A stretch of 63,018 nucleotides of DNA, counting the filler, from Corallochytrium limacisporum Hawaii (taxonomy: Eukaryota > Protista > Pluriformea): NCBI GenBank assembly GCA_002811645.1. It is 5 parts of 5 records of this genome, joined end to end, with 100 filler letters (N's around TTAATTAATTAA, not from the genome) between each part and the next. Parts side by side here need not be neighbours in the genome. Positions count along the whole stretch, not along the records: positions 1 to 15,026 come from PDIP01000178.1; 4 more parts are not named here. One strand, 5' to 3'. The position numbers and the translations under genes are program-made. The notes under the pieces are model-generated. The model searched no databases. It saw only the letters and a list, made by a program, of their open reading frames with translations, and was not told where the DNA came from. The number at the start of each line of letters is the position of its first letter. Position 1 is the stretch's first letter. Shown here in pieces: positions 1-13,223 of the stretch.

Positions 1-627
1 AGAAAGAAAAAATCAGGGGAAATTAAGCACACGAAAAGTACAACTTCCCCCCCCCCCCCCCCCCAATGGAATATGTACCGCAGTCGTTTCCTGGTTGCAG
101 TTGCGGGGCTGGAACAAACCGGGGGCTGAGCCTGTGAATTCATTTTCTTTTCTTTTCTGTGTGCCGATTGCGTGGATATTCCGCAACTGTCCAACACTCA
201 TCGGTACACGGAGGTCCAACGTCTCTGCCTGGAACGGGTGGGGACGGTGGCCAGGAGGCGGCCCCCCGGGGGGGGGGGGGGNNNNNNNNNNNNNNNNNNN
301 NNNNNNNNNNNNNNNNNNNNNNNNNNNNNNNNNNNNNNNNNNNNNNNNNNNNNNNNNNNNNNNNNNNNNNNNNNNNNNNNNNNNNNNNNNNNNNNNNNNN
401 NNNNNNNNNNNNGGGGGGGGGTGCCGGCCTTCGTGGGGCGGAGCCGATACTGCCCGTCAATCGGAGTGTTGGCCTTTTCGTTTCTTACGCAACCGTAGGG
501 TGTTTATGGACTCCCTCGCCGACCATACCTGAACTACATGGTCTTAGACGTATGCCTGCAGACACACGACGAGCATGAATTGGACATAACGGGACAGCGG
601 GGACCACCCAACACAAAGATCCCAAGG

Positions 628-1257
628 ATGCCGATGAACTGCATATGGCTGCATATGGCCATTCTGTTCAGTCTAGCATGGACAGCTTTGTCTGATAGTG
701 CTGCTGCACCGCCGCAATGGGAGGTTTGGGATAATCTTGACTTTCCATCTGCCGCAATCACGCTTGAGGTCGGCAAAGAAGTCTTCGGTTTGATTGGATC
801 TGCTGGCCAAAGGATTGAATACCCAGTGTCGGGGGCCGAAAGAGGACAGAAATATGAGGTAAGGGTGTCATTCTCAGCTGCTACATCATCTTGGGTTCAC
901 GCACGTCTAGTAGATGGAGTATCACAAGCACCACACACTGGAAGAAAACTCCTAGACTGTGAGGTTGAGAAGCAATATTGGGACCCCAAGAATGAATCCG
1001 AGTTGCTGGTTATCAGGCTGCAATTTCAACGCTTTAGTGGAGCGCTGTTCACCGAAATCGAACAGGAACCGATATACTACAATATTGTCGTGGAACCACT
1101 GTTCATGAACGTTCCAAGAGTTGGCTGGTACGCGATACTTGTAGGTGTCCCACTATTTTTCGTTACGCTTACCCATGTTACGCCAAGAGTGATTGCGGTG
1201 CTAAAGAAATACGATGTACATTATGAATTAACAGCAAAATCTGATGTAACTGTATAA
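628..1257 (+). CDS. Uncharacterised secretory-pathway membrane protein (signal peptide plus C-terminal TM)
   Basis: Uninterrupted ORF 538-1257; ATG 628 or 634 precedes a hydrophobic signal (ILFSLAWTALSDSAA). Motifs YEVRVSFSA, RKLLDCE and YNIVVEPLFMNVP resemble a conserved plant/fungal uncharacterised family. C-terminal TM WYAILVGVPLFFVTL. Confidence 0.65.
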   Translation: MPMNCIWLHMAILFSLAWTALSDSAAAPPQWEVWDNLDFPSAAITLEVGKEVFGLIGSAGQRIEYPVSGAERGQKYEVRVSFSAATSSWVHARLVDGVSQAPHTGRKLLDCEVEKQYWDPKNESELLVIRLQFQRFSGALFTEIEQEPIYYNIVVEPLFMNVPRVGWYAILVGVPLFFVTLTHVTPRVIAVLKKYDVHYELTAKSDVTV

Positions 1258-1324
1258 AGAATATGAAATAAGCAAATATGTCAAATAGGCTATGTAACAG
1301 TATTTTTTATGTTTGAATCTGTGA

Positions 1325-1558
1325 TCAAATTGGTATCCGCATCGGTGACATGAGAAGATATCTACGTGATTCATCCGTCTCTAGACAAGCTTCATCGAGC
1401 GCCTGCCGCTGCTCTGGACTGAGACTGCAGCACTCTCTCCCGTTTTCACCATGAGTTGCTGCGTACAGAGCACTTCCAGACCCAGCACCCAGCATTGACG
1501 CAGCTCCACTGATCAGAGCATAACTCGCCCACGGAATGCAACACCACGGCCATACCAT
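1325..1558 (-). CDS. Possible small membrane-associated hypothetical protein (77 aa)
   Basis: ATG-started ORF convergent with the previous gene (67-bp gap, matching the window's tail-to-tail pattern). Hydrophobic Gly/Ala-rich segment. No family recognised. Confidence 0.35.
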   Translation of the reverse strand: MVWPWCCIPWASYALISGAASMLGAGSGSALYAATHGENGRECCSLSPEQRQALDEACLETDESRRYLLMSPMRIPI

Positions 1559-1989
1559 GCTTGCACTACATCAATTTTCCGTTCAACATGGGGTTGGTAC
1601 AGAATCCTAAAGACAGTCATTTAGAATTTAGACCACGTTTTGCTTTAAGTACGGCACTTGTGAAGTGTCCTACAGACGGGTGTGACGCGGACCCGCCCGA
1701 GAATTTGGTAATGCCCCTGGCTGCCTATCTTTTTCCCTCCGGATTACCATAGGAATTGCGGGGTGCACACATAGCGGGAGGGGAGAATTTCTTGGCACAC
1801 ATGAGACGTCAGCCATCAGCAGTTCGGCTGGCCGGGCCTTTGCTGACATGCTGTGATCATCGCAGAGCCGACGAGTACATCCAAGAAGGGCTCAAGAAAT
1901 GGCAGAATGGATATGCAATAGTAGTCTATGTAATTTCATGCATATACAAAGAAGTGCACTTTCAGGGTTTCTAGAAATGATCAGTCATT

Positions 1990-3114
1990 TCAGGTCTGGG
2001 CACCGCAAGAGTGGGTTGTCTTCAGACCTGCATTTTCATTCTTCAAATCTGTGTTCAATTTCTGCAGCTCCATTATTTGCTTCCGCATAGCCCGCATCTC
2101 TTCTAAGATGGTCTCGAACTGCGAGCTGCCCATCTCAGAGGAACCCGCCTGGATGCCGACATCAACACCAGCCTGAACAGCATGTGTACTCACCGATGCA
2201 GTGGCCTTCGGCGAGGTGTTGGAACCATGCTCTCGCAGAGCCAGTAATGACTGGCCTGCTTCCAATGCCGGATCTGGCTCCTGAGATCGAGGTACATTCC
2301 GCTTTTGCTTTTTACTTGGAGGTGCTGCTCTACGCCCCCCTGCTGTAGGTCCACTACGCTTTGCTCCGATGTCATCTATTGCTGAGTGATCGTCAAGAAT
2401 CTGCCCGTGTTGATCCAGTTCATGTTTACGCAGATTTGAATTTTGCAAGAACATAGTGTTACAATGGTTGTCGGGGCACTCATAAGCTTTGGCCCCGTCA
2501 TGCACCTTTAAGTGAGAGCGATATGACTGGCTTGCCCGAAAAGTCGCGGGACAATCTGCATAAACGCACGCTAGTACCATATCATCGGTATGCGAAAAGA
2601 TATGGGATCGTAATGATTGTTTTCGGGTGAATGTTTTGCCACATACCTTAGCATCTGCTTTGCGGAACGCGCAGACAAATGGTCCCTGCGGAAACTTTTC
2701 CGCGTGAACCTTCAAATGGCGTTTAAGCTTCGACCTATCCCCCATAATTGTCTTACCGCATTGATCCCAAGGGCAAACTTCTGATTCAGACCTCTTTCGG
2801 CCCTCATGAACTGCCATGTGCCTTTTTAATTTTGATAAATCGCCAGCGAAGTACTTGGAACATTTTTCGCAATAGGTCTGCCGCTTTCTTACATGATTCT
2901 TCTTTTTCGAATCACCGCTTCCGCTCTTGGCTTTCGCATTCTCAGTTCCGCTATCAGTGGTTTCGCCGTATGCGTCTGCTCGGGTAGGATCGTCTGTTTC
3001 TTGCTCACTATGCCCCGTATCCTGATCTGCTTCAGGCACATCCAGCACCGTCGGCGCTGACCGTGCGACCGTCGGAGTCATGACCGCCTTGTATTTATCG
3101 TACCCTGTGCACAT
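1990..3114 (-). CDS. C2H2 zinc-finger transcription factor (about 5 fingers) with C-terminal coiled coil
   Basis: Fingers CEKC..HMAVH, CPWDQC..HLKVH, CAF..VC..HIFSH, CVYADC..HLKVH and CPDNHC..HELDQH. Basic NLS-like PPSKKQKR. Heptad tail LEEMRAMRKQIMELQKLNTDLK. Start may be ATG 3081. Confidence 0.9.
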   Translation of the reverse strand: MCTGYDKYKAVMTPTVARSAPTVLDVPEADQDTGHSEQETDDPTRADAYGETTDSGTENAKAKSGSGDSKKKNHVRKRQTYCEKCSKYFAGDLSKLKRHMAVHEGRKRSESEVCPWDQCGKTIMGDRSKLKRHLKVHAEKFPQGPFVCAFRKADAKVCGKTFTRKQSLRSHIFSHTDDMVLACVYADCPATFRASQSYRSHLKVHDGAKAYECPDNHCNTMFLQNSNLRKHELDQHGQILDDHSAIDDIGAKRSGPTAGGRRAAPPSKKQKRNVPRSQEPDPALEAGQSLLALREHGSNTSPKATASVSTHAVQAGVDVGIQAGSSEMGSSQFETILEEMRAMRKQIMELQKLNTDLKNENAGLKTTHSCGAQT

Positions 3115-5859
3115 AAAACCTCAAAACTATATAGCCAAAACTGCTTTTGGTGAATGCTGATTAAAATACCCAATTACCATGCCAGAAAATAATTCTGGCC
3201 CTTTCTTGATGGGTCTCCGGAGGACACAGCGAGCCACCGACGCTCACATATGAAGACTGGCAACCGCGACATTCAACAATCATGCCAGAACACCGGTTCC
3301 CCCGCCTGCGGTACTCTCCACCTCCCCAAGAATACTACGTCTGGCTGTGCATAGCGGTGACCAACTGTCAGCGCGACAGAAAACGTCAGACGAATCAGGT
3401 CGATACCGTCCCGTAAACGTGCGACCCCCTCCCGCGATGGCTCCAGACCAGCGACGGACCCCCAGCGCTCACTGTTCTGGTACCATTTGGCCCCTTCTCT
3501 TTTCACCGTAAGTTGCATATCCCTCCCAGGAGAATGATCGCGACGCTTCGGGCGTACCACCAAGAAGCGGTACACCGAGTATGTTCTGGGGTCACGATAA
3601 TTTTCTTATCTTTGACTCCGCAAAGTTTTCCTTTCTCTGCGCGGTCCAGAACTGGCGCCCCCCCCCCCCGTGGGCCCGGTTCCTCCCATAGTGGACGGTC
3701 GGAATAGTACCGGCGGTCGGGTATATTAGGAATGGGGCCGAAAGCTCGGGTCGACTCAGGAAGCGCAAGCAAACACTCTTCACCCTTGCACCCGTTGGTC
3801 CAGGACTCCCCCCCCCCCCGTGGCGGCCCTGGCCAGGCTAAAACTGTCGTGTTTTTTTTTAGAGTTCGCTCTTTGGGAACACTTCGAGTGGCAAGGTCGG
3901 GGCTCGTGGGGGGGGGGGAGAAGGCCAGGGTTGCCATTTAAAATAGACTCCCGATCCACTGTAGCGAGCGCAAGCGCAGGCCCCGGCCCTTTCCAAGTGT
4001 TTGGCCATTTGGTGTGCCCTGCGCCAACTTTGGGATCCAATTGCCGGGTTGGGCCTTTCTTAGCTGGCTGGCGCCCCGGACCTTCTGGTCGATCCTTTGG
4101 CGGTTTATTGAGTTGCGGAATCGTGCAGAGAAAGCCATAAAGCACCCTCTCGCACCTGCCTAAACGATATTTGAGGACATTTCAATCATTCCTATTGATG
4201 TCAAGCATGCTCTGTGGCAAGTTGTAGCCAGCAACTGTAAGCGAATCCTACCCGCGGAACTATAGTGACGAGTGATAGCGAGTTCGTATCAGGGTAGTGC
4301 CACTGCTTGGCTGTCCCGCTCCGCCTGCACGGCTGGTCGCCCTCCGTTTACGGAGTGGCTCCCGCTGGCGTATAACCAATTTGTCCTGCGGCGGTTTCAC
4401 GCAATTCCATTGTATAATATGATCGTCCATGGAATGGCCTCGCGCGCAGGAAAGTAAAAAAAAAAATGGGGGAGGAGAAAAGAAAAAGGAAAGGGCATAA
4501 AATCAAAAAAAGGGGGGGGGTTGTGCATACCACGTTCTTCCCTTTCTGACGTCCATGGCAGCTACGGTCGTATACAAGGGAAAGAAAAAAATATGATAGC
4601 GGTGCGGGCGCCACGGACAAATGGAACTGCCCGTTATGCTGGCTATGAGACAAATTCATGGCAGATTAAAACGAAAAAGGCTCGTTGTGCCGCTTACAAA
4701 GATTCCCATCTTTGGAGCAGGGAAGAAGCACGGTTGTACTATTTTGGTTCCGCGTAGCCAAACTATTGACTTCGACATCCCCATCTGCCCACGAAGAAGG
4801 GGAACGGAAGGGCGGAACATAAAAAAAATACCTTCAACCAATTCCTCCGTTTAGTACAAGGTGGGCACGCCCGGGCGGTTGATTCCTAACCGTCTCAGTT
4901 GCAGCCCACTCCCCCCCCCCTCCGCGTAACCTCTCCCGCTCGGGGGCAAAAGTCAGTGCAGTAGTAGTGCGCGCCCCTACCGTTGTCTTCCTGCTGCGGA
5001 GCCAGGCGCCGAGTGTTTGGCGGTGGGAGTGTCGATCGGTCCCCTGCCCAACCCAACCCCGCACTTCCCGTCCCGGGAAGGGAAGGGAGGGGGGATTCTT
5101 CAGCACCCTCTCGAGTAAGGGGGGACATGAGTAATCGTAAAGGCCTTAGGAGGCAAAGAGAATGGGGAGGTAAAGGGGAGGGAGAGGAAAGAAAAAAGTG
5201 GGGGGGGGCCTACTGGAACTATGGTCTTTCTCTTCGCTAGTTTTGCACTGTCTTGGGTACACAGTGGCAGCAGCGACCTTGGCCGCGCACTTATGAGTGA
5301 TCGCTACTCTTTAGAACCATCGGCACCAGGCGTTTTTAACGGAGCGCGGCAGTGCTGAATTAGTAGTGGACAGATTCGTTCGGTTGCGAGCTGAGAAGTG
5401 CGAGTTCCGGGCGCACACGCTGTGGGTGACAGTGGCACTGGGACGGGCTATTGATGCATGTCATCTTCAGGAGAAAGTCTTTGCTGGACTGAAATGTTTT
5501 GCAACCATCTACTACGACAGTGAGATGATTTCAGAGGCACTCACTTTACATAATTGGTTTGGTGACACTGCTGCAATCACGTATGAGAAGCCGGACATTG
5601 AGGAAAGTGTCACATATTGTTCGAGGTGCCCATGAACAAGTGAATGGCGGAAACACCTTATGGTTGATAGACTTGGCAGTCGCCAATTGGAAAATAAGGT
5701 AGAAGCGGTTGAATTGACATTGATCGAACATGGACAGTCGGTAATGTAGAGTGACAAACACATAGCCAGTTACGTCCAACTAAACTCTTTGATGTCGTCC
5801 GAAAAAGTTGCATAGCCGACGTATAAACGGTTTCGGGCGCTGAGCGCTCACCGTCAAGT

Positions 5860-8800
5860 ATGTCTCGACCGCCTTCCCGCGAAAGTGGTGGAAGTCAAGG
5901 AGAAAAGCGTAGGTCTTTTACAGAACGACTGCGAAAACTGATCGATGAAGATGAGGGATCTACGAGTAGTCAAAGTGATCAGAGTGGTAGCGGGACCTTG
6001 CGACGTTCAAACGAGGAACCAATGGGTGGATTGTTGAATTCTCCTCGGCCTCTTGCCTTAGCACTATCACCAACTTCGAATACTTCATTCAAATTCGGAT
6101 CAGAAATTTCGGGAGAGGACTCTGAGTCTCCTGCTGGAAGCTCTACACGTCGACTCATTTCTTTAAAGCCGGAAAAGGGGGCCGTTGCGGCGCACCTAAT
6201 GGGTTCTGAAGCAGAGTCTGCGTTAGCCTCGCCAGTGCGAAGGTCGCTTCAGTCACAACAGCCAGAGGGATCTCCAAATAGGGACATGTCTCCCACAACG
6301 TCTGTATCTCCGACGCCATCTCCCCTTTCACGATCGCCGGGACCAGATCAAGCCATATCGGGTTCCAGGCCACGTCGCTCTTCTAGGGGCCAGACTCCAT
6401 TGGCAAGTCCAATGCTTGGCTCTTCTTCGCCTGCCAAATCACCGTATGGAACTCAAACTGCTGGCCAGTTGATAGGGGTGCAGAGCAAGCGGAGTTCTGG
6501 CGATCTCTCGGAGGCGATGGCTGGTGCGGACCTTCTTCAAGGGGTTGTGAATCCAGCGCCAATACGTAGGAGCTATAGTCAAGAAAATTTGGATACGCAT
6601 GATTGGCAGAAACTAGATTTACACGCAGTAGACAGTCAAGCTGTGATAGCCTCCAGGGGTAGCGGACAAGCATCTGGCACACGGTCGTCAGCAGAAACTG
6701 CAAGCGTGTCCACGGGGCCCACCAGGCAGCATAGAAATTCTCTGCCGCTGGCGACTGCACACGTAAAGCCGGTGTCCGGTCCGCAGTCAACACGAAGCAG
6801 TGGAGGAGGAACAGGATCGGGAAATCCTACACCACGGCAGAGCTTCCCAGACTCAGATATTGATGACCCACCTTCCACTTCCTCTTCGATCATGACCTCC
6901 TTCCCAATGAGTGATGTGAACGATGCCAATTTACGTTACGTGTTTTCGGCTCGTGGATTGACAGGACTCGATCCGAGCAAGCCAAAAGGGTCCGTTGCTG
7001 CCAGTGTATTCCAAGATCCGGAGACATTCACAATGCAGGACATTGTCGCCAGTCATGAGAATATCCAGCATCATCTTGGAACCTTCATCGATGATTTGAA
7101 CGCCTACTTCGCGTCGCAACCCTTAAAGAGTAGGCGCCAGTCGTGGCCAGCAGCATTTATGGAAGGGCCTCTGATCATCGTTCTCCGTATCTACTGCATC
7201 GCGAAAAGGATTGTGGAAGCATCAACAAACGACTTGATTTACGGAGCGGCCGAGGAATTGGCTCAAGAGGTATCACAATTGAGGGACCTGCACTATGAAA
7301 TGAGCGGAATTGTCACGACGCCCGGAACTTTGGAAATGACTCTCCGGCTGATGGTTGCACTGGCGCCACTTTTGGATTCCGTAAGGCACTATCTTGCAGT
7401 TGTCAACCAGCGGTTCAGCGTTTCGACGGCTACACAGAATGCTCCACAAGCAGAAGATCAAGCAAGCTTGGCGGAACTGGACACAATGTCTGAGGACACA
7501 ATGAGTGTGGACTCGCAGTCGGTCCCTCCGAGTCCGTCAAGGGGTGGTGTGGCATCGGGAAGTGTGGGTAGCAATGAAGCATCCAGCCCTGTCCGCCCTA
7601 TAGCAGGCTCGAGGCCATCTTCCCAACGGAGAGTATCGTTGCTGCGACAGGCTCTGGACCGGATGCCCTCCATGACCAGAACCAGTGCGAGTAGCAATTC
7701 AACCAGTGCCCCTGAGGACGTCGAGTCTGATAAGGCGCCGTTGGAGGTACTATGTCGCATCTGCGAGCGGACTGTTCCTCCAGAAATACTTCAAGAGCAT
7801 TCAAAGTATTGCACAATGGCTGAGCGATGTACAAGTGATCGATACTCTCTAGACGGACAACTGCATCGCCTTGCTTCCGGTCTACGTGTAAGATTGGCCC
7901 GGGAACATGACGCAAATCGTGACCAAAATGGATTGACCGCCGGAGACTATGGACGGCTTCTGGCGCGGGCAGCTGATGAAGTAGCTGATATTCATAGTCA
8001 CGATGCTGTATCGATTAATGAGTTGAAGAACATGCATGGTGCCGTAATTGAGCAGGTTGGAGCCATTGGTAAATGGACAGAACGGGTTTCATTTACCGGA
8101 TTCAACGCGGTCGATTTGTGGACTTTTGGACGCAAAATTCACCAATTGGCTCAGGAGAAGGAAAGGCAATTGGGGAAGATGATCAATAAGAGGGTCAATC
8201 GATCAAGTCGATCATCCGGTGGTTGGGATCAGGCCAAGGGATTGCAGAGATCGAGATCCTCGATGGGTGCAGAAGTTGTTCCTCCTCCACCGAAAGCGAC
8301 AATGTTCTTGTTTGACGCCATTGCCCGCGGGGAAAAGATACCAGATATGGATGAGGACACCTACAGCGTTGAACAATCGTCCAGGAATCGCCGAAATCTA
8401 GAGTCTTGGCAAGGATCGCAAAGCCAAGCGTCTGGTCACTCATCAGAAGCTGAAGACGTCGCACAGCGGAAACGTTCTATGGATATGTCGCCCAGTCGGA
8501 AGAATGATGCTGAACGCCGTCGAAGCAGTGGTGCGCGAAAAGACTTGCCATCCATTTCTGATTTCATGGTTATCAAACCCATTTCAAAGGGAGCTCACGG
8601 GAAGGTTTATTTGGCAAGGAAGAAGCTTACAGGTGATTTGTACGCGATCAAGATCATGAAAAAGACTGACATGATTTCAAAGAACATGGTTAACAATGTG
8701 TTGGCCGAACGAAGTGCTCTAGCCATTGCCCGGTGTCCGTACGTCATTCGACTGTACTATTCCTTCCAGAGCAGTGAGTATCTGTACATGGTAATGGAAT

Positions 8801-11800
8801 ATCTGCCTGGTGGTGACATCGCATCGCTGCTGTATCAAGTGGGTGCTTCGGATGAAGAAATTGCAGTTCACTATGCAGCTGAAGTTGTACTCGCTTTGGA
8901 GTACTTGCACTCCCATTCTATTGTTCACAGGGACCTTAAACCCGACAATATGCTCATCACATATGACGGTCACGTAAAACTGACAGATTTTGGTCTGTCC
9001 CGCATTCGTCCCATTGAGGAGACTTTAAAGAAGCTGGCAAGCCCGGGAGGCTTTGACTCCATTTTGAAGACTGCGCCAGGAGAGGTTGGTCCGGAACGGT
9101 TGCTCAATAACCGTGAACGATACAGCCATATTGCGTTGACCTCTGCCGGAGACCTCAACATACCCAAGGAGGGACCGACACGAAACAGCGCTGGACCAAG
9201 TTTGGATACTAGTGCATTGCGATCATTCCTTGGGCGTAGGGCGACGAGCGTCCTGTCAGTCCAACAATTGCTCGAAGACGAAGCACAAGAGCCGGACGTA
9301 GGACAAAAGATATCTCACCGGACGAAGAGGAGGTCTATGAACGAAGCCCAATTTGCCCGAGGGGGTTTGAACCGCTTACGTGCAACCTTCGATGCTGGCT
9401 CAAGTTTTGAAGCTCTCAACGAGATCGAAAGCGACGATCCAATGACTATGGCTGTGATAGGCAATCTTCGTTCTAAACGCAGGGCGTCTACTAGTGACAA
9501 CCATTTGGAACAAATTGCTGCTGTTGCTGTGGCCGCAGACCACTCGCCGCCTTTGGGAGGCCACGTCAAGCAGCCAATGCCTTCACATGCCCCTGCGCAG
9601 CAGGGAGCTGAGCGGATTGTTGGCACTCCTGACTATATGGCACCAGAATTGCTGCTGGGCCAGTCTCATGGATCTCCTGTTGACATGTGGAGTCTGGGGG
9701 TTTGTTTGTATGAATTTCTACTTGGTGTGCCACCCTTTAATGACAGTAGCGAGACAAAGATTTTCCAAAGAATCCTTGACCGTGAAATCGAATGGCCTGA
9801 CAACGATGTGGACTTGTCCCCGGAAGCAAAGGAGCTTATCGATGCTCTTCTGAACATGGATCCCAAGAAGCGGCCTACTGCAACCACAGCAAAAGATTTT
9901 GCATTCTTCAAGACCATTGATTGGGAGCATTTGAGCGAAAGTCCGGGACCTTGGGTGCCAGAGCCAGAGAACTTGGAAGATACTGGCTACTTTGTCCATC
10001 GTCAAACGGGACAGCCGGGTGAAGAAGTGGTAGATGCGATTGCGAACAACCCTGCATTCCATTCTTCGCATTCCTCGTCTTCAAATACCGGCAGCATGGG
10101 ATCCGACTTGGGTGAGTTCATGTCAGACGAAGGCGACGCGGGGCCGGTCGTATCAGACTACTTTGATCCTCCGTCGCAGTTAGGAGGTGACGACCCCTTC
10201 TATGTGGATGAGAATATTATCAGAGCTGTGCGCAGTACAAGTGGAGCAGCGGAAGCTCTGCCAGCTGAGGTGAGCCATCGGCTTTCTCGTGAATCCATGA
10301 GCCCATCGCCGCACATGCATTCGTCACTTCGAGAGAGTCCTCGAAGCGCCATCTCCCTCTCACCGCCCCCGACTCGGCCAAAGTCTCCTTTCCGTGAAAC
10401 CATGGACGATTCTGTTGAGCCGCGCATCTCCGAAGAGTCTTTGCCGGCCACCGCACACTCGAGCCGCCCTTCGGAATGGACGGACGAGTCCAAGCCTGAG
10501 TTGACTGCCCCGAAGCTCCCAGAGGAATTGACTCCACCAAATGACAATGCGCCAACGGGCACCAGTCGACGACGCTTGTCAGTTGAGGAAGAAATCATCA
10601 CTGATCTGCGGAATAAGATCGCCCAAGCTGACAGGAAGCCACCACCCCTGGAAATTCGTCGCGCAACGCACAGCACCTCCAGTGGAGGGAGCGCTTCACC
10701 ATCTCCGCATACCGCTACAAGCTCTGCCACCGCGTCTCCGATGACAGCACCGTCGTCTGCGTTCGGTGCGGCCCCTGCTGGCAGTCCTCTCGCGTATTCG
10801 GGAGACAGCAAATCCTTGCCAATGGGGACACTGCGTCGCTCTTTGAGCAGCCTGGCTCCCGCAAAGAGGACCATGGAACTTGGTTCAGGAGGAGTCCCGC
10901 GAAGCACGAGTCGTGAGTTTTCGCTAAGTGTGATGCAGCCGCAGTCGAACATGACACGCGGTGTATCAAGCACAGCCATTGACGCACCGGGTCCTGTCGG
11001 TTCGTCCAGCTATCAGCTTGGTGGTGATTTAACGACTACCAGCGATGCAAGTGGGTTCAAGCCACTTCGAAAAACTATCAGCACGAATATCGATCGTGTT
11101 ATGAGTGACTTTAGCGACACTGGCTCGAGTGGCTCACGTTCACCAAGACGTCGACGCTTAAGTGTGAGCAGCAGTCAACGACGCACACCTAGCCGTACCA
11201 ACGCACGTGGCCGTTCGGACAATAACGAGTTTGCCAACTTTGACACAAAGGTCACGCACAATCTCGAGGAAATGAACCAGTACACTCACGAGTTCTTGAT
11301 GAGCTCACTGAACATTGCTGGTGACGGTGAGGACGCGTATAGGGATTCGCGACTGAATCAGACAACAGGTGGAGGCAGCGTGTCTCCCATTTATCGTGGT
11401 GACTTGCGGCGCAGCGTCAGTGTGGCTCACGGAGACACATTGGGGAGTTTGGGTGGTCTCAGCTCGCCGGAATCTCAGTCACCACGCATGAGCAGCACTC
11501 TCCCAACTGGCATGCAGCTGCCGGTCATCCCCCCGCACAACCGTTCACGCCAAGGTTCAACATCAAGCAGCATCTCTAACAGTACGCTAATGCTAGCATC
11601 ACCGGCCAATTCCGCGCGGTCTCGGAAGAACAGTGATGCTGCTATTGGTGCCCGGTCTAGCAACCTCGCCAAGTTCGTGACAAGCAATAATCCCAATGTC
11701 TCTGCTGTGGCTGCTAGAGACAATCCAGACAGTAGCAGCTCCGAAGATATTCGCAGTGTCTCGGCGGCCGCTGTAGTCTCCCGGCAATCTGGCCCCGTGC

Positions 11801-12015
11801 CAAAACTGACTCTGGGATCGAAGGGGAGTCTTCATTCATCCGAGTCTGCAGATGCGGTATCTAGCCGTGAGCAGATTAACGAATTGTACAGCCAATTAGT
11901 TGGCGACAGCGAGGATCCATCAGATCCTCCAGATGCAGATCCTCCTGCGGCGCAAGGGGCGGAAGATGACAACGACTCGGACCTTCCTCCAAGGGTGCAA
12001 TCCAACAGATTCTAA
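5860..12015 (+). CDS. Greatwall/MASTL-Rim15 family AGC Ser/Thr kinase (2051 aa)
   Basis: [39 protein letters not shown], then an ~210-aa insert before [11 protein letters not shown] (split kinase domain diagnostic of Greatwall/Rim15). AGC tail [15 protein letters not shown]. Upstream zinc finger CRICE..EHSKYC as in Rim15/IRE kinases. Confidence 0.9.
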   Translation: MSRPPSRESGGSQGEKRRSFTERLRKLIDEDEGSTSSQSDQSGSGTLRRSNEEPMGGLLNSPRPLALALSPTSNTSFKFGSEISGEDSESPAGSSTRRLISLKPEKGAVAAHLMGSEAESALASPVRRSLQSQQPEGSPNRDMSPTTSVSPTPSPLSRSPGPDQAISGSRPRRSSRGQTPLASPMLGSSSPAKSPYGTQTAGQLIGVQSKRSSGDLSEAMAGADLLQGVVNPAPIRRSYSQENLDTHDWQKLDLHAVDSQAVIASRGSGQASGTRSSAETASVSTGPTRQHRNSLPLATAHVKPVSGPQSTRSSGGGTGSGNPTPRQSFPDSDIDDPPSTSSSIMTSFPMSDVNDANLRYVFSARGLTGLDPSKPKGSVAASVFQDPETFTMQDIVASHENIQHHLGTFIDDLNAYFASQPLKSRRQSWPAAFMEGPLIIVLRIYCIAKRIVEASTNDLIYGAAEELAQEVSQLRDLHYEMSGIVTTPGTLEMTLRLMVALAPLLDSVRHYLAVVNQRFSVSTATQNAPQAEDQASLAELDTMSEDTMSVDSQSVPPSPSRGGVASGSVGSNEASSPVRPIAGSRPSSQRRVSLLRQALDRMPSMTRTSASSNSTSAPEDVESDKAPLEVLCRICERTVPPEILQEHSKYCTMAERCTSDRYSLDGQLHRLASGLRVRLAREHDANRDQNGLTAGDYGRLLARAADEVADIHSHDAVSINELKNMHGAVIEQVGAIGKWTERVSFTGFNAVDLWTFGRKIHQLAQEKERQLGKMINKRVNRSSRSSGGWDQAKGLQRSRSSMGAEVVPPPPKATMFLFDAIARGEKIPDMDEDTYSVEQSSRNRRNLESWQGSQSQASGHSSEAEDVAQRKRSMDMSPSRKNDAERRRSSGARKDLPSISDFMVIKPISKGAHGKVYLARKKLTGDLYAIKIMKKTDMISKNMVNNVLAERSALAIARCPYVIRLYYSFQSSEYLYMVMEYLPGGDIASLLYQVGASDEEIAVHYAAEVVLALEYLHSHSIVHRDLKPDNMLITYDGHVKLTDFGLSRIRPIEETLKKLASPGGFDSILKTAPGEVGPERLLNNRERYSHIALTSAGDLNIPKEGPTRNSAGPSLDTSALRSFLGRRATSVLSVQQLLEDEAQEPDVGQKISHRTKRRSMNEAQFARGGLNRLRATFDAGSSFEALNEIESDDPMTMAVIGNLRSKRRASTSDNHLEQIAAVAVAADHSPPLGGHVKQPMPSHAPAQQGAERIVGTPDYMAPELLLGQSHGSPVDMWSLGVCLYEFLLGVPPFNDSSETKIFQRILDREIEWPDNDVDLSPEAKELIDALLNMDPKKRPTATTAKDFAFFKTIDWEHLSESPGPWVPEPENLEDTGYFVHRQTGQPGEEVVDAIANNPAFHSSHSSSSNTGSMGSDLGEFMSDEGDAGPVVSDYFDPPSQLGGDDPFYVDENIIRAVRSTSGAAEALPAEVSHRLSRESMSPSPHMHSSLRESPRSAISLSPPPTRPKSPFRETMDDSVEPRISEESLPATAHSSRPSEWTDESKPELTAPKLPEELTPPNDNAPTGTSRRRLSVEEEIITDLRNKIAQADRKPPPLEIRRATHSTSSGGSASPSPHTATSSATASPMTAPSSAFGAAPAGSPLAYSGDSKSLPMGTLRRSLSSLAPAKRTMELGSGGVPRSTSREFSLSVMQPQSNMTRGVSSTAIDAPGPVGSSSYQLGGDLTTTSDASGFKPLRKTISTNIDRVMSDFSDTGSSGSRSPRRRRLSVSSSQRRTPSRTNARGRSDNNEFANFDTKVTHNLEEMNQYTHEFLMSSLNIAGDGEDAYRDSRLNQTTGGGSVSPIYRGDLRRSVSVAHGDTLGSLGGLSSPESQSPRMSSTLPTGMQLPVIPPHNRSRQGSTSSSISNSTLMLASPANSARSRKNSDAAIGARSSNLAKFVTSNNPNVSAVAARDNPDSSSSEDIRSVSAAAVVSRQSGPVPKLTLGSKGSLHSSESADAVSSREQINELYSQLVGDSEDPSDPPDADPPAAQGAEDDNDSDLPPRVQSNRF

Positions 12016-13223
12016 TGCAGAAGAAACATTAAAGACATCAACAAAGCATTGCTTCAAAGTGTGATATCGGTAATGTAGTCAAATTATGTGTGTATAAGTT
12101 CAATCATGCTTAAGTATTTAAAGCCCATGGAAGAAAAGTTGTAGGTTAGCAAATTGAACATCGTTATGTAGGATCATCACATGACAGCAGCTTGCAATAC
12201 AGCGCAAAGAGCTCCTCTGACGCATGCCTCTTCAAAGTTCACACTCAGGGTTAAAAAGCTCGGTTAAGATATCTACACGGCCTTTTCAGGTGAAGAAATT
12301 CTTAGTTAAAGACATCATTGATGACATTTGAAACGGCTAACTGATCAGAAGCGCATTGCATCCGTTAGGCTGCTGTCCATTAAAGGGGACACTACTTACC
12401 TTGTCTTCGATTTTGACTAGAGTGTAGGGTGACGATTTGACTGTATGTGGGAGGGTACAAGATGAGTGGGTTAGTCTTCACTGAGCTAGTAAACTTGCAT
12501 TGTCGAAGAGGATGAATCAGAGATGAGAAAGATTGCAAAGATAGTCCGGATAGCTCAGTCTTACAACGCTCGGAAGCTTGCTACATTGGGTTTAACGGAA
12601 TTCAGTCGAAAGAAGACCAAAATGGCATCATTGTCGCGGGTCCCATCCTTGGGGCAGATCTCTGCATACATCCATCAGCAAAATATACTTACAATAGTTC
12701 CGCCGAAACTGTTCATTGCGGTAATCATCCGTTGCAATGGGTTGCCTGCAAATTCTTAATGTGACTGCATGAGGAAGGTGTTAGTCTGAAGTCTTATTTT
12801 GTGACGTATTGAGATGGTGATATCTGCAAAAGGTCCACTCAAACATGGTATGGTATCCTCACATGATGATCAGCTAGAGCTAATTACTAGACAACATCAC
12901 TGTGGCTTCTTCTGCGGACTTCACCAAAGCTCAGAGAGAAAGAAGGATTGGTACTTACTGTTCTGTTCTCGAACAAACGAAACGAAAATTGAGTACGTGA
13001 TTCCGTTAGCATCTTGCTACTCCTCGTGTGCTCTTCAAAGTGACCTCGTAGAGTCCCTTGCTAGTTCGTTCAGAGCATCCCTTCTGAAAGATGCAACTCA
13101 ATTCTCCTTCAGTAGCGTGTAGGAAGAACGAAAGTTAAAATTAAGTTTTACTCATCAGCACAAATAGACGTCTGCAAAGGGTTCCTCCACGGAGCAGAGA
13201 CATGAGATCGTTACCTACCTTTG

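Noticed and set aside
3273-5240. Short Pro/Gly/Arg/Lys-rich ORFs in GC-rich spacers (also 13.8-15k, 33.4-34k, 50-53.3k, 57.5-58.5k)
   Set aside because: They are translations of homopolymer and low-complexity DNA, mostly with non-ATG starts.
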